Shown here piece after piece: positions 58,739 through 64,000 of a stretch of 64,000 nt of DNA. The stretch is taken from positions 9,284 through 73,283 of the forward strand of contig CAYNDV010000004.1 of NCBI GenBank assembly GCA_964396055.1, read 5' to 3'. The DNA comes from an uncultured Vicinamibacterales bacterium (lineage in GTDB: Bacteria; Acidobacteriota; Vicinamibacteria; Vicinamibacterales; JAKQTR01). Below the pieces are notes generated by a model. The model searched no databases. It saw only the letters and a list, made by a program, of their open reading frames with translations, and had not been told where the DNA came from. Positions within the stretch are counted from its first letter, which is position 1, and every line of letters begins with the position of its first letter. The position numbers were made by a program, and so were the translations under genes.

Positions 58739-60108
58739 TGTCCGGACTCTTCAGCTCGTTGACGTCGGCGTCGCGGGCCCTCGAGGCCCAGCGGTTCGGC
58801 CTGGACGTGACCGGCCAGAACATCGCGAACGTGAACACGCCCGGCTTTGCCCGCCGCGAGATCCTGTTGACGGCGGCGCCGCCGGCCGATGCCTGGAGCG
58901 CGGGTTCCGGCGTGGACATCCAGGGCGTGCGCGCGGCACGCGACCGCCTGCTCGAGCGGCGGCTGCAGATCGAACGCCCCGCCGAGCAGCGGGAAGGTGC
59001 CATCGCCGATTCGTTGAGCATCGTCGAGGTGGCGATTGGCCGGCCGGGCGAGTCGATCGACGCGCAGCTGGATGTCTTCTTCAACTGGGCGGCCCAGCTC
59101 TCGGCCGACCCGGCGTCGTCGACGCTGCGGCATGAGTTCGTGTCCGCGGGCGAGCGGCTGGCGAGTGCCTTCGGGGAAATGTCCGAGCGGCTCTCGACGG
59201 CGCGCCGCCAGGCCGATGCGAACGTGCGGTCGGCGGTGACCGAGGCCAACGACCTGGCCGCGCAGATCGCGGCGCTCAACGCCAACATCGCCCGGGCGGG
59301 CTCGAATTCCCCGGGCGTCACGGCCCTGCGCGACCAGCAGAAGGTGCTGCTCGACCAGTTGACCGGCGTCATGGACGTGACGGTGATCGAGCGCGGCGAC
59401 GGCGGGATCGACGTGGCGACGGCCGGCGGGCGGTCGCTGGTGATCGGCAACGAGTCGCGCGCCATCACGCTGCAGTCGATGCCGCCCGAGGGGTTGGCCG
59501 AACTGCAGTACGACGGCGTGGCCATGTCCCGGGACATCACCGGGGGCACGCTGGGCGGCTACCTGCACGCGCGCGATGGGCTGGTTCCCGACTACCTCTC
59601 GCGGCTCGACACGCTGGCCGGCAGCGTGGCGTCCGAGGTGAACGCGCTGCACATGACGGGGTTCGACAACGCCGGCAACCTGGGTGGCGCGTTCTTCACG
59701 TTCCAGGCCGGCCCCGGCGCGGCGGCCAGCCTGGCCGTGGAAGCGGCGATCGTCGCGGACCCGGGCCGGGTGGCGGCGGCCGGGCTGCCGATCGCCGGCG
59801 ACAACCAGAACGCCCGGGCGCTGGCGGCCCTGCGCGATGCCCGGGTGCTCAACGGCGGCACGTTCAGCGATGCGTGGGCCCAGCTGGTCTACCGCGTCGG
59901 CAGCGATGCCCAGTCCGCGCGCCAGGAGCAGATCAGCCGCCAGGAAATCGTGCGCCAGGTCGAGGCGCTGAACGACGCCGTGTCGGGCGTCTCGCTGGAC
60001 GAGGAGGCGATGATGATGCTCCGCTTCCAGCGCGCATACGAGGCGAACGCCCGGTTCTTCCAGACCGTGGATCAGGCGATCGAGACCCTGCTCTCGATGG
60101 TCCGGTAG
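58738..60108 (+). CDS. flgK: Hook-associated protein 1 FlgK
   Basis: MSGLFSSLTSASRALEAQRFGLDVTGQNIANVNTPGFARR...SLDEEAMMMLRFQRAYEANARFFQTVDQAIETLLSM. Confidence 0.93.
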   Translation: MSGLFSSLTSASRALEAQRFGLDVTGQNIANVNTPGFARREILLTAAPPADAWSAGSGVDIQGVRAARDRLLERRLQIERPAEQREGAIADSLSIVEVAIGRPGESIDAQLDVFFNWAAQLSADPASSTLRHEFVSAGERLASAFGEMSERLSTARRQADANVRSAVTEANDLAAQIAALNANIARAGSNSPGVTALRDQQKVLLDQLTGVMDVTVIERGDGGIDVATAGGRSLVIGNESRAITLQSMPPEGLAELQYDGVAMSRDITGGTLGGYLHARDGLVPDYLSRLDTLAGSVASEVNALHMTGFDNAGNLGGAFFTFQAGPGAAASLAVEAAIVADPGRVAAAGLPIAGDNQNARALAALRDARVLNGGTFSDAWAQLVYRVGSDAQSARQEQISRQEIVRQVEALNDAVSGVSLDEEAMMMLRFQRAYEANARFFQTVDQAIETLLSMVR

Positions 60109-60130
60109 GGACCGGGAACAGCGAGGGAAC

Positions 60131-61030
60131 ATGGCCGGCATCCGGGTGACGTTCAACACGAGCTATCGCGAGGCCTCCGAGTCGATCGCCGACGCCGCGG
60201 CCGAAATGGCCCTGCGCCAGCGGCAGGTGGCGTCCGGCCGTCGTATCCACGCCCCGAGCGACGATCCGGCGGCCGCGGCATCGGCGGTCACCGAGCGCAC
60301 CGAACTTGCCATCACCGAGCAGTACCGCCAGGCCGCCGACACCGTCACGTCGCGGCTCACGGTGCTCGACACCGTGCTCTCCCAGCTCCTCGACGAGACC
60401 ACGGCCGCCAAGGTGGCGGTGCAGTCCGGCCGGGGGACCGTGCCGGCGCCCCAGCGCAATGCGGCCGCGGACCAGATCCTGGCCATCCGGGACGCGATCT
60501 TCTCGACGGCCAACACCCAGTACCGCGGGGTGTATGTCCTGTCGGGCAGCGATTCGACCCGGGCGCCCTACACGAAGACGGCCGGCGGCATCTCCACGTA
60601 CCAGGGCACGCACGCCCCGATCGAGATCGACGTCGACCGGCAGACCGCCGTGGACGTGGCGCTCGACGGCGACTCCGTGCTGCGCGGGGGCGATGCCGAC
60701 GACCTGTTCACGGTGCTCGAGCACCTGGCGGCCGCGGTCCGCGCCGGGGACGAGACGGCCCTCAACGACGGGTCGGCGGCGCTCGATCGCGCCTTCGAGC
60801 GCATGAATCGCGCCCTGGGCCGCGTCGGCGCGGACATGGCGCAGGTCGACCTGCACAAGACGCACCTCGAGTCGCGCCGCCTCGCCAGCCGGGGCCGCGT
60901 GGACAGCCTGGAGAACGTCGATCTCGCCGAGGCGATCTCGGCCATGCAGCAGAGTGAAACCGCGTACCGCGCCGCACTGGGCGCGGTCGGACAGGGTACC
61001 CGCGTGTCCCTGATGGACTACCTCAAATGA
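60131..61030 (+). CDS. flgL: Hook-associated protein 3 FlgL
   Basis: The termini are flagellin-like: RQRQVASGRRIHAPSDDPAAAA...DLAEAISAMQQSETAYRAALGAVGQ. Position is after flgK. Confidence 0.88.
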   Translation: MAGIRVTFNTSYREASESIADAAAEMALRQRQVASGRRIHAPSDDPAAAASAVTERTELAITEQYRQAADTVTSRLTVLDTVLSQLLDETTAAKVAVQSGRGTVPAPQRNAAADQILAIRDAIFSTANTQYRGVYVLSGSDSTRAPYTKTAGGISTYQGTHAPIEIDVDRQTAVDVALDGDSVLRGGDADDLFTVLEHLAAAVRAGDETALNDGSAALDRAFERMNRALGRVGADMAQVDLHKTHLESRRLASRGRVDSLENVDLAEAISAMQQSETAYRAALGAVGQGTRVSLMDYLK

Positions 61031-61497
61031 TCACAGCCGAATGCCAGGCCGACGATGTGAAGCCCATGGTTGCCGACACCGGACGCCTCCGCGTCCAGAC
61101 CCGCTTCGGCGAGTTCGAGTCGGATCCCCGGAATCTGGTGCACTTCCCCATGGGCATCCCGGGGTTCGAACAGTGCCGCCGCTTCGTGATCCTCTCGTCG
61201 ATCACGATGGCCCCGGTTCAGTGCCTGCACGCCGTGGACGGCCCGTCCGCGTCGTTCCTCGTCGTCGATCCGCGGATCGTGCTGCCCGACTACCGGTGCC
61301 TGCTGAGCGGGCCCGACAAGGAGCGGCTTGGCGTGACCGAGGACAGCCCGCAGCTGTGGCTGGCCGTCGTGACCGTCCAGGACGACGGCAAGGCGTCGGT
61401 CAACCTGCGGGCGCCCATCGTGGTGAACCCCTCGCGCATGATCGGCTACCAGGTCATGCCCTACGACAGCCTCTACCCGGTGCGGTTCCCGCTCTAG
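61027..61497 (+). CDS. fliW: Flagellar assembly factor FliW (CsrA antagonist)
   Basis: VQTRFGEFESDPRNLVHFPMGIPGFEQCRRFVIL...FLVVDPRIVLPDY...NLRAPIVVNPSRMIGYQV shows the FliW family pattern. It lies upstream of csrA. Confidence 0.9.
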   Translation: MITAECQADDVKPMVADTGRLRVQTRFGEFESDPRNLVHFPMGIPGFEQCRRFVILSSITMAPVQCLHAVDGPSASFLVVDPRIVLPDYRCLLSGPDKERLGVTEDSPQLWLAVVTVQDDGKASVNLRAPIVVNPSRMIGYQVMPYDSLYPVRFPL

Positions 61498-61591
61498 GCA
61501 GCCGGATGCGCATCCATTCACCTGCGCGCCCACAGGATCCCGGGCGCCGGCACCTGCAGTCACTCAACAGGATGTTGGGGAGGGCGGAATC

Positions 61592-61867
61592 GTGCTCGTC
61601 GTGACACGCAAACGGAACGAGGCCATCATCATCGGCGACGGGATCGAGGTGCGCGTGCTGCGCGTCGGGCGCGACGGCGTGCGCCTGGGCGTCACCGCGC
61701 CGCCCAGCGTGCCCGTGCATCGGACGGAGATCTACCGGCTCATCTGCGACGAGAACCGCGCGGCCGCCGGCGGGTCCCACGTGCCCGGGGACCTGGCGGC
61801 CCGTATCCGCCGCCAGAGCGCGCCGGACCCGGCGCCCGCCGCACCGGTCGAACCGTCAGCACCATGA
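61592..61867 (+). CDS. csrA: Carbon storage/translational regulator CsrA with an extended P/A-rich C-terminus
   Basis: MLVVTRKRNEAIIIGDGIEVRVLRVGRDGVRLGVTAPPSVPVHRTEIY. GTG start with a GGGGAGGG SD. 91 aa. Confidence 0.92.
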   Translation: MLVVTRKRNEAIIIGDGIEVRVLRVGRDGVRLGVTAPPSVPVHRTEIYRLICDENRAAAGGSHVPGDLAARIRRQSAPDPAPAAPVEPSAP

Positions 61868-62829
61868 CCTTCGAAGACTGGCGCGACGCCGACGACCGCA
61901 CCGTGGCGGCGCTGTTCGAGGCCGAGCAGGCGCGTTGGCTGGACACGCTCGGCTGGGACACGCGCGCGTCGTGGGCCATCGTGGACGAGGGGCGGCGCCA
62001 CGGGCACGTGCCCGGCTGGATCCTCCGCGAACGGTCGGGCGCGGTGGCCGGCTGGACCTACTACCTGCTCCACGACGGCGACCTGCAGATCGGGGGCCTG
62101 ACGGCGCCGCGCGCCACCGACCTCCGCCGCCTGCTCGATCGCGTGCTCGACGCGCCAGAAGCCACGCTGGCCTCGTCGGTGAGCGCCTTCGTGTTTCCCG
62201 CGCCGCCGTCCCTGGTGAGCGCCCTGACCCGCCGCCGGTTTGCCGTCCGCCGGTCGTTGTACCTCGCCCGTCCGATCGAGGCGGGGGCCCCCACGCCGGA
62301 GGGGAGCGGCCTCCGTCTCCGGCCCTTCGTGGAACGTGATCTCTTTCCCGCGGTGCGCCTGCTGGCGGCGGCCTACGCCGGCGTGGCCGGCGCCGAGTGT
62401 TTCGCGCCGCACGGCCGCCCCGACGAGTGGGCCCGCTACCTGCGTCAGCTCATCGACACGCCGGCGTGCGGGCGGTGGCTCCCCGAGGCGAGTTTCGTCG
62501 TGGCGGACGAGCGGCTGGAGCATCTCCGGGGACTCGTGCTCACCACGGCGGTCTCGGCAACAACCGCCCACGTGGCGCAGCTCGTCGTCGCGCGCGAGGC
62601 CCGCGGGCAGGGGATCGCCGACGCGCTCATCGCACGGGCCTGCGCGTCGGCCGCCGGATCCGGTCACGCGGCCATGACCCTGATGGTCGACGAAGGCAAC
62701 GCCGCCGCCCGGCGCCTCTACGCCCGCCAGCAGTTCGTCGAAACCTCCGCGTTCGTGACCGCGCGCCGCCGGGGCCAGGTCCGCCTGCCGGTGGGGCGTG
62801 GGGCATGGGGCGTGGGGCGTGGGGCGTAG
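61864..62829 (+). CDS. Two-domain GNAT-family N-acetyltransferase, translationally coupled to csrA
   Basis: There is an ATGA overlap with the csrA stop. The C-terminal GNAT motif A region is VAQLVVAREARGQGIADALIARACASAA...MVDEGNAAARRLYARQQF. The last ~13 codons (VGRGAWGVGRGA*) are encoded by the GTGGGGC heptamer array. Confidence 0.7.
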   Translation: MTFEDWRDADDRTVAALFEAEQARWLDTLGWDTRASWAIVDEGRRHGHVPGWILRERSGAVAGWTYYLLHDGDLQIGGLTAPRATDLRRLLDRVLDAPEATLASSVSAFVFPAPPSLVSALTRRRFAVRRSLYLARPIEAGAPTPEGSGLRLRPFVERDLFPAVRLLAAAYAGVAGAECFAPHGRPDEWARYLRQLIDTPACGRWLPEASFVVADERLEHLRGLVLTTAVSATTAHVAQLVVAREARGQGIADALIARACASAAGSGHAAMTLMVDEGNAAARRLYARQQFVETSAFVTARRRGQVRLPVGRGAWGVGRGA

Positions 62830-62839
62830 GGCGTAGGGC
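62791..62839. repeat. Tandem heptamer array (GTGGGGC-like x7), a canonical G-quadruplex-forming motif
   Basis: GTGGGGC GTGGGGC ATGGGGC GTGGGGC GTGGGGC GTAGGGC GTAGGGC. This gives five GGGG runs and two GGG runs separated by 3-nt loops. The array contains the GNAT stop codon (TAG, 62827-62829). Confidence 0.9.
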
Positions 62840-62846
62840 TCGTCAG

Positions 62847-62897
62847 AAGCAAGAAGCAAGAAGCAAGAAGCAAGAAGCAAGAAGCAAGAAGCAAGAA
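62847..62897. repeat. Tandem heptamer array (AAGCAAG x7 plus a partial unit), the left arm of a long inverted repeat
   Basis: Seven exact copies of AAGCAAG were counted by position at 62847-62895. The array is preceded by CGTCAG. Confidence 0.92.
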
Positions 62898-62943
62898 TGG
62901 ATCACGCTGTCACGCTGTACTGCGTGTACCGTGTCCCTTCTGG

Positions 62944-63025
62944 ATTCTTGCTTCTTGCTTCTTGCTTCTTGCCTCTGACGAACCCCAAACTCCACGCCCT
63001 GAGCCCCTAGCCCCTCCGGTCAACC
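62944..63025. repeat. Right arm of the inverted repeat: (CTTCTTG-type) x4, then CCTCTGACG, then degenerate C-rich heptamers
   Basis: ATTCTTG CTTCTTG CTTCTTG CTTCTTG CCTCTGACG is the reverse complement of CGTCAGAGG(CAAGAAG)n. GCCCTGA GCCCCTA GCCCCTC follows and mirrors the G-rich array. The stop (TAG on the minus strand, 63007-63009) of the convergent gene lies inside it. Confidence 0.85.
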
Positions 63026-63480
63026 AGCCCCGCGCCCATCAGCGGCGGCGCGACGACGCGCCGGTACGCCGCCAGCGTGGAGCCGGCCGCGCCGACCGTC
63101 TGGGCCGCGAGGCGCCGTGCCATCTCGGCGTCCTGGAGCGCGCGGACGGTATCTTCATCGGAATGGATGATGGTCGCCACCAACTCGGCGGCGACGCGGT
63201 GCAGGGCCGCGATCTCCGCGAAGCCGTCCAGCGTGGCGGCGTCCTCGCGGTGGTTCGCCAGCGCCTCACGGGCCGGCCGCAGCTCGTGCTCGACCTTGAC
63301 GAGCGCGGCCATGACGCGGTCCCGTTCCTGGGCGATGACGCCGAGCTGGCGGGCGTCCTGCTGGGCGGTGGCGTCGCGCTGGGCCAGGGCGAGGCGTTTC
63401 AGCGTGTGGAGCAGCGCGACCTCGGCGTCGAGCCCGGGCCCGTAGATGGCCAGCCACTGCCGCAGGTCGTCGCGGGTCAT
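63007..63480 (-). CDS. Helical hypothetical protein downstream of fliS (FliT/FlgN-like by position only)
   Basis: Track ORF 63007..63825 trimmed to MTRDDLRQWLAIYGPGLDAEVALLHTLKRLALAQRD. The ATG at 63480 forms an ATGA overlap with the fliS stop. 157 aa, with helical, coiled-coil-like composition. Confidence 0.45.
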   Translation of the reverse strand: MTRDDLRQWLAIYGPGLDAEVALLHTLKRLALAQRDATAQQDARQLGVIAQERDRVMAALVKVEHELRPAREALANHREDAATLDGFAEIAALHRVAAELVATIIHSDEDTVRALQDAEMARRLAAQTVGAAGSTLAAYRRVVAPPLMGAGLVDRRG

Positions 63481-63878
63481 GGGGCGCCGACGGCGCCGGG
63501 CTTGCCGGCCGCAATCTGCTGCCAGCCGTCCCGCAGCGTGGTGAGGAGGCGCTGGGCCTCGTCCAGGACGGCCGGATCCCGCGAGGCGTTGAAGGCGACG
63601 ATGCGGCCGGTGACGTAGGTGTACAGCTGGTCGAGTTGCGTGGCGATCTCGCCGCCGGCCTTCAGATCGAGGGCGCTCTGGAGTTCGGAGACAATGGCGA
63701 GCGCCTTGGACACCGCGTCGCGTTTGGCGCGCAGGTCGCCCGTCCGGAGGCCTTCGCGGGCCCGCACGAGATTGGTGATGGCTCCGTCGTAGAGCTTGAC
63801 CACGAGTTCCAGCGGCGTGCCGCACTGCACCTGTGTCTGCTGGTAGGCTGCGGCGCCCCGCACCGGCGCGTACATCAT
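63477..63878 (-). CDS. fliS: Flagellin-specific chaperone FliS
   Basis: AYQQTQVQCGTPLELVVKLYDGAITNLVRAREGLRTGDLRAKRDAVSKALAIVSELQSALDLKAGGEIATQLDQLYTYVTGRIV shows the FliS four-helix pattern. Confidence 0.9.
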   Translation of the reverse strand: MMYAPVRGAAAYQQTQVQCGTPLELVVKLYDGAITNLVRAREGLRTGDLRAKRDAVSKALAIVSELQSALDLKAGGEIATQLDQLYTYVTGRIVAFNASRDPAVLDEAQRLLTTLRDGWQQIAAGKPGAVGAP

Positions 63879-63900
63879 CGGCTCTCCTCGCGATTCCGGA

Positions 63901-64000
63901 TCAGAACAGGCTGTACTGGTTGCCGAGCGACGACAGGGATCCGGCCTGGCTGTTGAGCTGCCCGATCAGCATGTCCGCCGCGATGTACTCCTTCTGCAGG
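63901..64000 (-). CDS. fliD: Filament cap protein FliD, C-terminal end only (the gene starts beyond the window)
   Basis: Own translation of the minus strand gives ...LQKEYIAADMLIGQLNSQAGSLSSLGNQYSLF*, which resembles the conserved FliD C-terminus (…F.AMD.L…LNSQ.S.L). It lies upstream of fliS. Confidence 0.6.
   Translation of the reverse strand, partial: LQKEYIAADMLIGQLNSQAGSLSSLGNQYSLF

Noticed and set aside
61498-61591. GGA-containing motifs and the GGATGCGCATCC palindrome upstream of csrA, considered as a CsrA autoregulatory leader or a terminator after fliW.
   Set aside because: The GGA triplets are not set in recognisable hairpin-loop A(N)GGA contexts, and the palindrome is only 12 nt. 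There is nothing that can be supported from the sequence alone.
62791-62980. The tandem repeats, considered as a CRISPR array.
   Set aside because: The units are 7 nt with no spacers, no cas genes are nearby, and the two halves are reverse complements of each other. This is a microsatellite-type inverted structure, not a CRISPR array.

Overview
This is a very GC-rich bacterial chromosomal segment (about two-thirds G+C or more by eye, not computed). Because of the GC content, most long ORFs in the supplied track are antisense or read-through artefacts rich in R/G/P/A. I kept only frames with recognisable family signatures and trimmed the starts.

The window has three parts.

(1) 1-18.1 kb is a glycosylation island made of three transcription units. 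It encodes a Maf-type (DUF115) motility-accessory glycosyltransferase, a TPR/GT9-like transferase, GT4 and GT8-like transferases, and a 1177-aa fusion of GT, dead radical-SAM and sulfotransferase domains. It also encodes an active radical-SAM paralogue, a multidomain GT-A protein, a WavE-family protein, two tandem sugar-nucleotidyltransferase paralogues, a HAD phosphatase and a cupin. I could not recognise any Pse/Leg/Neu nonulosonate genes.

(2) 18.1-30.8 kb holds GDPD, DUF202, a secreted BNR sialidase-like protein, a VWA protein, pgl/zwf and PPK2. These are followed by a signalling block: a GGDEF-EAL protein, cheX-cheY, a sensor-less histidine kinase, a sigma54-dependent response regulator and a REC/coiled-coil protein.

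(3) 30.9-64 kb is an almost complete flagellar regulon. In order it contains flgBC-fliEFGHIJ-flgDE-fliK, then fliL-(fliN-like)-fliOPQR-flhBAFG-fliA-fliMN, then two unusual genes, then flgFGAHI-flgJ(M23)-flgM-(flgN-like)-flgKL-fliW-csrA-GNAT. Convergent to these are fliD(partial)-fliS-(helical protein). Most junctions are ATGA/GTGA translational-coupling overlaps.

The most interesting signals are:
- the domain-shuffled glycosylation island and its dead-rSAM/sulfotransferase fusion;
- a 29-bp AT-rich palindromic unit present as pairs at exactly two loci, each next to a GG-N10-GC sigma54-type promoter (the glycosylation operon and fliL);
- a Zn-ribbon + MshEN-like (T2SSE_N) protein inside the flagellar operon, a candidate c-di-GMP receptor;
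- a ~235-bp composite palindrome built from heptanucleotide tandem arrays, including a canonical G-quadruplex motif, between the convergent csrA-GNAT and fliS units.

No rRNA, tRNA, CRISPR array or transposase was seen.
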